A DNA stretch of 64,000 nt from Balanoglossus misakiensis (lineage: Eukaryota > Animalia > Hemichordata). The notes beneath the pieces were generated by a model. It saw nothing but the letters and a program-made list of their open reading frames with translations, was not told the DNA's origin and made no database searches. The stretch covers positions 13,271,129 through 13,335,128 of the forward strand of contig CM082576.2 of the NCBI GenBank assembly GCA_040954595.2. Reading direction: 5' to 3'. This document shows positions 12,901-25,383 of this stretch, piece after piece (the first letter of the stretch is position 1; each line of letters begins with the position of its first letter). The position numbers were made by a program, and so were the translations under genes.

Positions 12901-14741
12901 AATGTTCGGGAGGACCAATTTAACTTTTTGCCACTCTACTCAAAGTTAGAAGATTTGGCGTCATCTTCGTCATGACATCATTTATAAAACTTCTAGTATA
13001 TAGAAGATGCAGCGCGAAACTATGAGTTATGCAAAATGGTTTAAATTATCATTGGTGGGGTTGGGGTGGCAAGCACTCTGTCCTGGTACACTAGACAAAC
13101 CAGCAAAAAATGAAATGTGGCGGAGAATGAAGGGGGTGGGCGTGGGAGGGGGTGTCCCCCTCCCACATTAGAAAAATTTGTAAAATAAAGGGTGCGAAAC
13201 TGCAATTTTGTGGACTCAAAAGCAAAAGTTCGGTGGCAAAAGTATGTGACCCCCCCCCCCTAAACGTTTAAAAAAAACAGATGACCCCCCCTTTGTGGAC
13301 TTCAAAATTTAAGTGACCCCCCCCCTGGATTTTGCCGGCCCCCCCCCCCCGGCCGTAAAAACTGAACGGTCCCTAAAGAGATGCAAAGAATTGGTGACTG
13401 TGTCCGGGAAAATCCCAGTGGTTTGAGTATTATTTTGTCTTTATTGCTGATATGAACCTGTACAATTTTGTACATTCTGTCAGGCAATTTTCAACGATTT
13501 TTGCAGTTTAGCTTATTAACACAACTGAACATATATGCGTATAGTCAGCATTGTTATTGTGCAAAATTTGAATTCAAGTCCGGAGTAGAATTCATTTGTC
13601 AACAACAACAATGGCCGTTACACACATATAGGCTATGTTGACAAGGGGAGTACTGGGTAATATTAGCATGTCTTTTGGAGTAGAACAAAATTGCATTTGG
13701 TAAACAGAAACAAAGCCAAAGGTTACAGCTAATGTCCCCTTAACAGAGTGGAGGCTTTAATACCTGCATCAACTTCCGCCGATTCTCCGGGATTAATACT
13801 CACAGTCCTGGCCGCTGGGAGTGTGGGATAGAGAGTGTGGGATTAAATTGATCCTACACTCTGTGTTAATGCGCACACAGACAACTGTTATCTGACACGA
13901 GCTCAGATTGGATAATGATATTCATACCCCTCAGAACGAGCAAATATTATCCAATTGTGCGATGTGTTGTACACAAACCGGAACTACTAATACAATGTGA
14001 TCAGGTCATGTGCAGACGACAGTGGTGTACGTGGTTGGCGACAGACTAAAAAAAACGGTTGTATTTTCTAGATATCGCGCGAATTTATGCAACTGGAAAC
14101 AATCTCCATATTTTCATGTGTTGAGCACATTTTTATAGCATGTGTGTACTGTAAACTCGTGATGAAATGGGGACTATGTTTTGCGGGGCGGATCAATATA
14201 TGACTGGTCATGCAGTTATCAGTTGGTATTTTATAGATTTAGTTCTTTTATTGTAAATAAACGTTAATATCGCAAATTTCTGGTCGTGTGAGAAAAAGAA
14301 TCTCACACACCAAGGACCTGGGATCATATTTCTCACACTCGTCGGGGATATTTTCTCCCACACTCGCCTGCGGCTCGTGTGGGACAAAAAATCCCCAACT
14401 CGTGTGAGAAATACGATCCCAGGTCCTTGGGAGTGTGAGATTCTACAATAATCACCATATATCTCCTGGACCTCTTCTTCTTCATATCCATAGTGTTGTT
14501 CCATTTTCGCCCTAGCGTCCTCGATGGCTTCATTCATGGCTTCAGCCAACTCTTCGATGGCATAAGCAAGGCCTTGGCACACTACCTGGGCGGTAGCCAG
14601 GTGTGGGCGCGAGTTGATCACCATGGAATTCAGGTGCCTCAACAACCACCCAACGTCTTGATTGTCGGTGCATGCACTTTGGCGATATTGTTCAATATCT
14701 TCTTTTATCTGAACGTAACATCTGATCTCGTTCAACTCCAT
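6966..14741 (-). CDS. ~972-aa protein: long N-terminal coiled coil, degenerate ZU5-like domains, C-terminal death domain (DTHD1/PIDD/ankyrin-like module)
   Basis: Eight exons with consistent phases: 14741-14456, 12210-10833, 10625-10283, 9842-9648, 9342-9047, 8667-8589, 8283-8238 and 7261-6966 (2919 nt). ZU5-like motifs EQLISDVIRL and MGAKGGTLRIPGSGGDTIIEIEPD. Death-domain-like C-terminus LTKLASKIRSEDYVPLASHLKV..QLDHFKFANPDNLAAQIFEMLVHWR...LQKVGRTDL. Confidence 0.75.
7375..7720. mobile_element. TTAA-flanked MITE (Kolobok-type termini) in the last intron of the death-domain gene
   Basis: TTAA|AGGGACAAAGTCTCTCTC...GAGAGAGACTTTGTCCCT|TTAA; TSDs at 7371-7374 and 7721-7724; imperfect TIR of about 35 bp. 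Confidence 0.8.
12260..13373. mobile_element. PIF/Harbinger-type non-autonomous element with internal duplication
   Basis: TIR GGGACCGTTCAGTTTTTACGG...CCGTAAAAACTGAACGGTCCC; 3-bp TAA TSD at 12257-12259 and 13374-13376; subterminal G/C tracts; an internal block of about 180 bp repeated near 12724 and 13056. Confidence 0.85.
14298..14443. repeat. Imperfect ~146-bp palindrome (hairpin-type MITE core)
   Basis: Arms GAATCTCACAC..CAAGGACCTGGGATC..ATTTCTCACAC and GTGTGAGAAAT..GATCCCAGGTCCTTGG..GTGTGAGATTC, centred on GCCTGCGGC. Confidence 0.8.
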
Positions 14742-17484
14742 GCCTATCTGATGTCTGCCTTAAAGGCCCGGAACCTGCAACTGGATAAAAAAATAGCTTA
14801 AATAATCTCAGATATGCTTTTTACTATGTCTATTAAATGATATGGCATGATAGTATGTCAAGATCAACACACATTTTTGACAAAATTCCCAAATATCAGT
14901 ACTGCAGTCGAAAATTCCCGCAATTTTGAAAAATGCAATATTGCAATTAAAAATGAAAATGTTATGTCTCAGCGGAGTACATGAGTTCTAGTGGATGAGA
15001 TTATCTTTAGTTTAAGAAGTTTCATAGTCAGAAATGCAACGTTTTCATTGTTTTTTTTTTATTTTCCTACGGTGGCCGCCATATTCCTTTGGGACAAAGC
15101 TTTATCATTTATCTGGTACATGTCATTGGTATTCATTGCAACAACCCCCCCCCCCCCCCAATACTGAACCGTATAAAACACACACAAGACTCACGGTTGA
15201 AATATTCCATGCCAGCTTCCACTAGATGACGGGTAGCTCAATTAAAATGACACTTGCTCTCAAAATTTATTCATGATATAGGCGGGGCAGTGCATCAATA
15301 CAATTTATCGAGACTCCATGAAAATATACTATTTCACTGTTTGACATTTCCCCCGAAATTCCACCCGAATAATAATTGGCCCACCCTAAAGAAATTAAGA
15401 AATGACAAATTGAAACATTGAATGACATTAATCAAAGAAACTCATTGCCACCTAACACAATGTCGATATTTTGTCAGTTACTGGCAGGAATTTATTTCTC
15501 CACTCCTTCAATTAATTAATTAACCTAAACGTAAGCTTACGCCCACGGGAGCTGATATTGGACTGTCTGTTTGTCTGTCTGCCGAGTGCCGACCTGCCTG
15601 CCTGCCTGACTATACGGCGTTGAGCTCAAAACATCATTCTGTTAAAATAAATCGAACGGTTATGTGAAAAATTATTGCTATAAAACTGATATATTATAGC
15701 ACGATCAGTGCATAAGCATATCTGATGGTTCATGGAAGGGTTACCGACTTACTTTGGATGCAGTAATGCCATTCAAAATTTAAAATTCAATCAGATTCCA
15801 AATTTTATCAGCCTTTGTCGTACAAAAAATGTCAGATCCGTGTATGTGTGGTAACACGGGAAAACATTCAGATGGCAACCCTGTTATGGCGACGATAATT
15901 CCCTCTGCTTGCAAGGTGGTTTGGGTCATATTTGGCGTTGCCATGAGCGACAGTTATGCTTGCGGCACCTAAGCAAATATTGGTAAGATATTCTCTGTGC
16001 AGAATTATATGCTGACTCTGTAAGTATCTGCACGTGATATTGAGCATAATTCTTACCTAGAACGGAAATCTGGGCTTTCAGTTCGCCAGGCACCGCTGAC
16101 TGCAATTAAGTAAGACCTATAGCTACGTTTCAGATCCGGTGCATAGTGATACAGTGTCGTATTCACGTAATCACGTGACTGCATCACAGGGGCTGTCAAA
16201 CTCTCTACTAGTGCATGAAATAGCTACACACTTTTACGAATTTCGCGAAGAATGGTTCCGCCTTGATATTCGGTTTTACATGTTTACAAAAGTGGCAGAT
16301 GCCTTTGTCTATATAAAACAGTCATGTTTCTACGAAATACGCGCCGAGTTTTTCCCCTTTCACGTCCTCACGACGTTTACCCATAGTTCACTGTCCACTG
16401 TTTCGGAGTCCAAACAATGCTTTAGTAACCGACGTCACTCAAGCATGCCACAAGCAATATAGTGTTATTGAATATATGTCCTAGTTAAGACACAGGTGTA
16501 AGAGGTCCCATTGCATGGCCTAGTTTTTTTCACAAGAAAGTTCACGCTCACTGACATTATTCGTACAACAAGGATGACCGTCTTTTTACCTGGTCATCTT
16601 TTCTGTGGGCTTGTTCTCGAAATAAAGAAATTATTATTAAAAAGAAATTGAAATCTACTCCTGTCGATTGACAGTTAGCTTGTTTTGAAAGCAAATAGTC
16701 ATGGTATGGTTTATTTGTTTGTTCGTATGAGACCTTACTCACTCAATCGAAAAAAAGTCATAGCTGGTAAACATTACAAGGAGTAACCATAGTGATAACA
16801 GGTAAAGTCCAGGCGTTTTGCTAGATCCCATGAATTAGGCACAGCTCTATAGAGGGGCTGTGATTTAGGGTATACGATATAACGTGATATCTCAGATCAA
16901 TAACAACAACAATATAGCTAGGCCCGAAATCATTGATTTCGCCTCGTTAACCACAAAACACACTCGTACACCCAAAAGAAATTACGGGAACATTTATTAG
17001 ACGCTTAAGGCATCCGGTGTTAAGGATGGACGTAAATGATCACAAAGCTACACTCTCTAACATCTAACACTCCACTCTTGTCAACACACGTGCAGTAATA
17101 ATTAACTTTTGAATTCTTAGTGTGATCGTGTATTTATCTGTCTCCCAGTCTCCATTCCTCAGATAAGAGGAAATGAGAAATACCATGGTCTTTCTGAGCA
17201 AGGGCGGAAACAGCTGAAGTAAAAGCTGTCAAAGATTTTAGTCATTATGGCTTATCCTGCAGAATCCATCCAGCATCACGTATATACACTGCATACATTG
17301 TATACTAGTATATGTATATCCGTTTGATATGTCTGTGATTATAGCGGTGGGAGTAAGTAACATGTTAAATACATCGTACCCCACTATTAGAAGTTGAAAT
17401 TAACCTCAATTTTTCAGAAAATATAGAAGAAACAAGACACTATGACTGGTTGCTAGAACTTCGACTGAAATTTGTCTTAGGCGG

Positions 17485-20400
17485 CTAGTTAAAACAGGAA
17501 GCCTGAATTTGGCCGTATTTTACAGTATTTAAATATTCCAGTTGTTCTTTTCTGTGTTTTTCCTGCAAAGCAGCAACTTTCTTCTCCCAGTTTTGCCGGA
17601 AGTTTATCATGTCGTCTTCCAAACACAAAATTTCGGAGTTGTGTCTCAGAACGAGGCCTTCAAGGCCACCGATTCCCATCAGGTGAGGGCGTCTCATCAA
17701 TGACAGGTGGTTTACATCCAGAACATCATTTTCAAAATTTGTAGAGGGCGCACTGTGTGAATGTCCATCACCAGCTGGAAGAACGTAGTCATCGTATCCG
17801 CTGTTGATTTGTCCCCTGAGTCGCCGCTGTTGTTTCTTGGTTAAATTTTCGCTGATTGTTGGAAGTTCCTCGGAAAATCCTGTCTCCTTTTCATCATCCT
17901 TCATTGTTTTGACTCCCTTCACTCTTTCGCCTGCTTAAAACACATGAAATAGTTCGTTATAGATCATGCATTTGTACAGTAATAAAACTGGGACAATATG
18001 CATTTCTTAATATCGGTCACTTTTTGTTTAATATTTTTTAAACTGCTTGAAATGGTTAAGTTAGCTGAAAAACTGTAATCACGTTTATTTTATTGTACCT
18101 TTCCCTTTTCCTTTTCTGTGCATTGGTCTCCAGTATGAGAATTCCCACACAATTCCCACTGCCACGATGCATCCCCATCCGGCCATGGTGTAAAGTATCA
18201 AAGTTATAGTAGCTGGATGGAAGAGCGGCTCGGGTGTTATCAGAACGTTCAGCGTGACCGGCTGAGAAAGGAAACAAAATGTTGATATTTCAAAATTGTA
18301 TTGTCTTGTCTTGTCTTGTCTTGTCTTGTCTTGTCTTGTCTTGTATTGTATTGTATTGTATTGTATTGTATTGTATTGTATTGTATTGTATTGTATTGTA
18401 TTGTATTGTATTGTATTGTATTGTATTGTCAACAGATATCGATAACGTCTGTCGTCAGCGTCATAATCATGACTTTAAACACATCACTTTGGGTTTTATG
18501 TACGAACTCCTTGAACGTTATTTCTGGGTCGAAACAAAATTTACACTTGTGTCTGGCTCAAAACACTATACTTACCCGGAGAAAATCAACCCTCTTCGTT
18601 AATGCAATAAATATTTCTTTCTGGTGTCGCATTATGTAATCTTGAAAACAGCTGAGAACCCCGTCTTCCATTCTGGTCACCAATATCCCATAGTGCACCG
18701 GGTTGCTCAAAAATTTAGCGACCCCTAGTCCATATTGTTCCAGCAAATCGACACTCGCTGCCGCAAAATACTGATCCATCAGATATCCATCCAGATCGGG
18801 AATGGAGTGTGCGCTTATCATTTCGTCGTGGGAATTAAAGGCTGAAAATAAGGAATAATAATTGCGGGAAAGATTAGTATTTCCATTTGGGCCTGTATTC
18901 TGTACTGAAAATTCTTGGAGTACTGTTCACTATTACATTTTTTAAATTTAAAGGACTACGGTAACCTCTAATTTGCATACATAGTTAAACAGGCGTGTGT
19001 AAGTCTTTGATTGACCACATAGGAGCCTTTTGTTCGCATGGCCACCCATTGAAAATCTATGGTTGGCTAGATCTCAATTTGCCATGGTAACAGAGGCTGA
19101 AGTTGCATAGGCGACAGAGTGCATAGTCATTTCGCCATTGCTTATAAATATAATTGGTCCGTACTAGAAATTATGATATTGAATGAGATTTTGATATTAA
19201 GCAGAAAGGTACACCTGCTCTAACAGCCTCTGATTCAAGGGTCAACAATTCAATAAGCGCAATAACAAGATAAAGACTTTCTCCTGCAATTTTGCCAGTA
19301 ACAGGTGCACCTCTCCTTTCGCATTGGTTAAACGTATTCGAATCATAAATACCGAACACTTCTGCTCCCGTGTTCAATGCAAGTCGATGTTCTTCTGTTC
19401 CATTCACAACAGCTACCTAAGGAAACAAACGGATTACATACAGAATTTCAGTCTCCATTTCATGTTTTCAGTTGTAATCCACATTCAAGTGTTATCGAAA
19501 ATTAGCGACTCCTGCATTATTAATAAGATTTATGATATATCACGAGTAACGCGTAAATCGTGCTTCATAATGTATATTGATATCACTGTCGTGCAAAATC
19601 CGTTTATAAAAAATCTCCGAGGATATGCGATGTGCACGAAATCCTTTACATGCACTTGGAGAATTAAACAGGTGTTAAATCTTTTTGCAGTATCCTCTCT
19701 GCTGTGCGTTTTCTGAATGGTTGCAGAGTGTCAGTAGATGGTTCTATTGAAGTGAAGAGGCCACTTCTATTTGGCAAATCTTCAACACCGTTATATCAGG
19801 AAATGCAAACATCAGATGCTATGTGCTATAGCTATATTCTTACTTTCATGCCTTCTAGATTATACTCAACAGCAAACGTATTTTCCGTCATCTCGGTTGT
19901 AACGATAGCTGTGAACACAGCGAGAATGGCCACTCCGACAATAATCCATACAATCCCAAACAAACGAGCTGGTATTGACCTTGGGGATCGGTCACCGTAC
20001 CTGTGGAAAGACAAAAAAAGGGTTGCTTGGCTAGGAAAAGTCTCACTCTCAATATGAGATATCGAAAACCTGTTGATTGTAATCACGATACTATAATAAC
20101 TTACCCAACCGTTGTCATAGTAACAAAAGCCCACCAGAAGCCTTCCCAAAATCCACGGATAAAAGGTCTTGGAAATTCAAGTGGATTCCACCATCGGTCC
20201 TGACAAAAAAAAATCAAAATTACCTGTACTATCGTTTGAAACATAGTACTGGTGAACTCGAAAATGTAGAATGGTTTTGTTAGTTGCCATTGGTATTATG
20301 GCACAAATAATGGACTTTTCTAATTTTCAGTCTTCAATAAATCTCGTGGATGCCGCGCGAGTATACACGTACTTGTCGGCCCACACAATCATTTTGGAGC

Positions 20401-23400
20401 CAATTTGCAAATGGGTAGAAAAATATCTTCAACTTCATCGTAATTGCCTTTCTCGTTGAGTTGATTAGATTTGCTCTCCCATTGTAAACGCTGAACTCTG
20501 TTTAAGCGCCTGTATAATCAAATTATATCACAAATAGTACACTTATTAGGGTTATAATATGAAATATATGATACTGCTGATACCGGGAGCTAATGACAAT
20601 CATTCATTCATATCTGATAACTACAATGTATAAGGTCACTATTAATGTTATTCACCTATATTTCATTATGAATCATGAAAAAGTCAGTGTCAACTAAGCG
20701 CTGCGTTATTGCAAGGCTTTATACGGGATCAGTGTTAACCATCAGCAAAGACGGGAACCAAGGACGTTGTCTCAGATGGTGTTGGTCGTGCTCTGTCGTC
20801 TTTAGCAAAATATCCCTTCCAAGAGTCGACCAGTCACCAAGCACATGCATTGTGTTAATGGTGATTGCAGTAAATGACATTAGTTCGGCGTATAGTGTGT
20901 CATAATTACAGTCCTGCTGTATTTTGTCTATTGAATATGACAGCATCAACAAAATGCTAGGTGTTGTAATATCGCTACCATCGATGATGTAATCAGAATT
21001 TGACAGTGTTTAACTGAATACTGAACCTATGTGTTAAGGTGATGAACGACGCTGCTTACGCTATATTGACATGACCGTTTAGAGTGACATCAATCACACT
21101 GCGACGTGTGTATTTACTATCCTTCATGCCACCACCTGCCCGCTTCATGTTATTTCCGCAATCTGAATGAAGGTCTACATACTATGTTGCTGAAGCGTAT
21201 TTGGGCCACTGTGACAAGTAAAACTATATAGTTAAAATATCGTATTTACTACAGTTTAACTGTTAAAATTCATTATTTCGATATTTTGATTCTCGTAATC
21301 GTAACGGCTTTTTAAAACTTGTTATGAGGAGATTTTTGGCATAATTTGTGTTATTACGAGTTATTGATTCTCGTATTATGAATTTTAAAAACTCGTTATT
21401 ACGATTTTAGGTCCCATTTGGTATATGTATGTGACCCGGATTTTTGTGATTTTCTAATATATATACAAAGATAATGCTTAGTTTCTGATAATTCATTGAC
21501 CGTGGTGTTCACCCAATGACTGTCCAGTATTTGCATAATACTATACGTATTTGCATGCGAACTTTGGCCAGGTGTACGGCGCCCTCAAGGGGCAAAGAGA
21601 CACAACCGGTCTCTTTGCTGACTTGGCCAATGCGAGTAGGTTGGTAATATTTTTCTCTCCCTTTTAAATCGCCCATGCAAGCGTTAAATCATTGCCATCC
21701 ACCCCTATAATTGAAATATAATGATGTGTTAGTGTTTAAAGAACCATCATCTGTAATATTTTGAGAGAATGTTCAGTGATTTTTGCTGCAAATGTGTGAA
21801 TATTGGACTCGGAAAGCACTTTATGCGCCGTAGTATTTTCTGTTAAGTATGCTCTGTATATTTTCTTTGGTTTTGTGAGTATTGTAATTCTTTTCTCTCT
21901 TTGCTGACTTGGCCAATGCGAGTAGCCAAGTACAGATGGAGCCGCTGACCAAAGAAATAAACGTCATGAACATACATTAATGCGTGTCGGGTCAGTGTAT
22001 AGCTGTGTCCCCTGAGCGAATGGGTTTGAAATTACACAACGCAATGCCAAACGACAACACCATTACCAAGCCTATACCAGGGGTCACATGTATATACCAT
22101 TGGACTTTATGGAATCAGTTACGTCGGTATGTATATGGATGGATGTCTGTACACTATTAGAACTCTAGAGGTAGGCCTACTCCGTCGTACTTCTTAACAG
22201 GTGCGATGATAAACTGAAACGGAATGCACCTTGAAGGAGCGATACAAATACAAGAAGAAGAATCCTTATTGCTCTGTAAAAGCCAACAGAAATGCTAATA
22301 TGTCAATATTTTGAGGTTGTAGTTGGATCCGATAGCGGATACGCGACATTTTTTATCGCCAAACGGATTTAGGTGCAAAATCATTGTGCACATAACAGTA
22401 GTGTACGATAGAAATAGGTAATCGCAAATGACAAAGAGCCCGCAAAATGCATAATTAACATGAACTATCAGTGCAAGTGTGTAGATATAATTGTGCTGTC
22501 GCCAGTTATTTCAAATATGGAGAGAAACAATCGTGACAGACGCAATTGAGGAAAATGCATTGTGGATGACACAGCCCTTGCTGTGTGTTTTGTTAAGTCA
22601 TTCCCGCGTTCTATAGAACGCTAAAAGCAACTGTCTCATAAAACGGCCGACATCGCTAATGCGTCGGTTGACTCAAAAACATAGGTCCAACACCATTACC
22701 CGACAATCAATGCGAGTACAATAAACAAATCAAGCCAAACCTAATTATAACCTTTCACAACGCAGCTCTAACTGTCAGATGAATATCATTGATATGATTC
22801 ACAAAATGAAAGGTCTTCCATACACGTAGTTATTACTGTACATTAGTTGGTTGTCACTCTCAGACTAGTAATCGTTAGCATAGCATCGTTCGCTGTCTCC
22901 TAGAGGGTTGAGACACATTGGAATCGTCGTCTTCTCCCATGTTGAAATAAATTAATCAACATTTCCTGATACCGACTCTCAATTTCCTGTTAAACTGGAA
23001 GTTTTTATATCGCATAAATCCAAGGGAGCGAAACTGCACCTGTTCAACGTGAGGATAAACCACTCACGACCACTAACTGCGATGGGAGGCAAAGATGGAT
23101 GGATGGATGGATGTGAGTGAGTGAGTGAATGAATGAATGAATGAATGAATGAATGAATGAATGAATGAATGAATGAATGAATGAATGAATATACGGATGG
23201 GTGTGGGTACAGTGAGTGGGTGTTCGGCGAGATAGGCGTTTCCAGTCGTAACAGATTTTGGCTGCCCACTTTCAAATTCTATCTTAGCTACCAAACTACC
23301 TACCATACAGGAAGGTTATAGTCTTATAAGTGACTTTATATTTGCAGGTCGCGCTCTGTCTGCCGTGTCGTTATCGATCGGTCGTCGAATTTTATAGTGG

Positions 23401-25383
23401 TGATTCTAATGGTAAACTGAGGAGCAACCTTTTGAATGGATTGGTGAAAAAAATAAATGAAATTGGATCCAAACGCATCGAAGTTCTTCAGAATACCACC
23501 CTCATCAAATATTTATTTAGTGTGTGAACTGTACACTGCCAAAGAAGTGTCCACAGTTGGGAAAAAAGCACATTACAGTCTCCTTGATAAATGTTGTCTT
23601 GACCTGGCAATGTGCCTGTTATTGAAACCTCGCCTTGTGCTCTCAGTGTTTACAGAGGACGCAACTTCACTCGGGTGCTCGCATATCATTGATATATTTT
23701 CGCTTTCAATCAATCGGCTGCTATACTTTTAACAAGCCGCTACGCAAATATTTTTGGAGAGTTGCGATATATACCTACGCAATATCCGAACACTTGTATC
23801 AAGGACAATTTAGTATACACATACGAAGGTCTCGAAATTCGAATTGTATGATGTTTTTGTTTCTTTAGACAGGTTTCAATGATGCGCTTATAACTCGTCG
23901 CACGTGGCATTTCTCACCAAAAGAGTGAAATGCAGATTGGACACGGATAAATGAAGTAAACCAATTTTAATTTCTTTGGTTTCGTCACAAACATGGCATA
24001 TGCAGACGTCTGTATTTGTACCAACTGACATAAATTTCCGAATGAGCATCAATGTTTAGAAACATGCCTTTCCGGGGATTAGCAGAGTTCTTCATAAAGT
24101 AAAATCAAATACACTGATCTGAATTCAACCACATTCTGAAAAAAATAGTATAGGCTATACTGTGTTTGCTACCTTGTGAAATTACACAATGGCGACAATT
24201 TTATCGAAAATTATAAGGATTCTGGTTCATGAAATCATTTAAAAGATAATGCATGTTGAGACACGACCCCCGATTATTCAAATTTACAGCGCAATTTGTT
24301 TGCATGTACGATTCGACCACCATCTGTTGTGGTTCACCAGTCAGAGTCAATCACGACTTTGTTGATATGTCAAAGATGAAAAGAGTAAAAAAAGTAAATA
24401 GATTCTTTAAAATGATATATTGTTTCTGAATGTCTGACATTTTGACTGCAGCGAGTCAAAGTGGTTTGTGTATTTAACATCGTGTCATGAATAGAACACG
24501 ATGCGGAGAATGCGTTTCTGAATACCAGGAGTGAAATTCGAATCTCGGATAATTGACACGAACCTTTAAAAATCAAGATGATTTTTCAGTATCAATGATA
24601 GATGATTGATTAGCGTAATTAAAGTGATCTGTATATCACTCAAACAAACGGATGTTTGACATCCCTACGACACGCCACGATTGCAAAGAATCACGATAGT
24701 GCATTTACCGAAGAAGTCGGCTTAATATTGGAGACACGATAAGATTCGTAAGTCGTTGCATCATGAACAGTCGTGTATACAGAGAAAATGTCATGGTACA
24801 GATTTCCACTTACCAATAACCACATAACAATTCCAGCAAATCCGGCCGAGACTATGATGATAAGTAGCAGCGGCCATCCATCGAAAATTATGTTGAGTAA
24901 ATCCGAACCGATCTCCTTGGTTTGGTTTACGGTCATGACGAACACCGATCCGGGTGACTCGATCACAGGGATGAAACTTGTCGCGCTCCCGTTCAGGGAT
25001 TGGAAATGTCCGCTGGTGATGATGGGAAGGGCGACTGGAAGGGCTGCCCCAAATTCCCCGGTGTTGTACAGCCTTTCCAGATCGATCGCGTTTTCTGCCT
25101 CTGTCGTTGAGTTTACATCGACGTCTTGTTGATGACAACAGTCTCTGACCGCGGCTTCCAACACCCACGGGAGGATTCCATCGATGCGACCCGCACCTTC
25201 ATAAGAAGAAGAGCCGAGACAGTACGGAGGGAAGTTTCTCCAGACCGCGTTTCTTTGTCTCTGGCACTGCAACCCGTGGGTTCCACAGAAAACGCGAAGT
25301 CCGAGCACGCAGCACATGAACTGGCTAAAAACATTCGTTATCTTTGTCATTCTGGTGTCGAAATCTACAGGACTGGTCAACAT
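17485..25383 (-). CDS. GluR0-like putative ligand-gated K+ channel (S1-M1-pore TTVGYGD-M3-S2-M4-cytoplasmic tail), ~586 aa
   Basis: Seven exons with consistent phases: 25383-24814, 20199-20105, 20000-19844, 19416-19353, 18841-18576, 18261-18099 and 17930-17485 (1761 nt). Motifs: NFPPY...GILPWVL...PVIESPG (S1), WPLLLIIIVSAGFAGIVMWLL (M1), EGFWWAFVTMTTVG|YGDRSPRSIPARLFGIVWIIVG (pore and inner helix), KVAVVNGT..DGYLMD..HYGI (S2), LILYTMAGWGCIVAVGIVWE (extra TM). The start may instead be the ATG at 25350. Confidence 0.85.
18296..18430. repeat. Compound pentanucleotide microsatellite (TTGTC)n(TTGTA)n
   Basis: Read directly; intronic in the channel gene; it generates the spurious YCIVL and YNTIQ ORFs. 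Confidence 0.97.
21408..22150. mobile_element. Degenerate Helentron-like 5' end interrupted by a ~660-bp TIR-bounded insertion
   Basis: TAGGTCCCATTTGGTATA at ~21408 continues as TATACCATTGGACTTTATGGAAT...GTATGTATATGGATGGATG at ~22093, matching the intact start at 50296-50375. The intervening DNA is bounded by ATGTGACCC (21429) and GGGTCACAT (22081). Confidence 0.55.
23094..23190. repeat. Tetranucleotide microsatellite (GGAT)n(GAGT)n(GAAT)n
   Basis: Read directly. Confidence 0.95.

Noticed and set aside
18279-18639. ORFs with YCIVL/SCLVL repeats
   Set aside because: Translations of the pentanucleotide microsatellite.
17485-25383. Bacterial contamination or recent horizontal transfer as the source of the GluR0-like gene
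   Set aside because: It has six canonical introns containing host-type repeats and is contiguous with conserved animal genes; an ancient transfer is not excluded.
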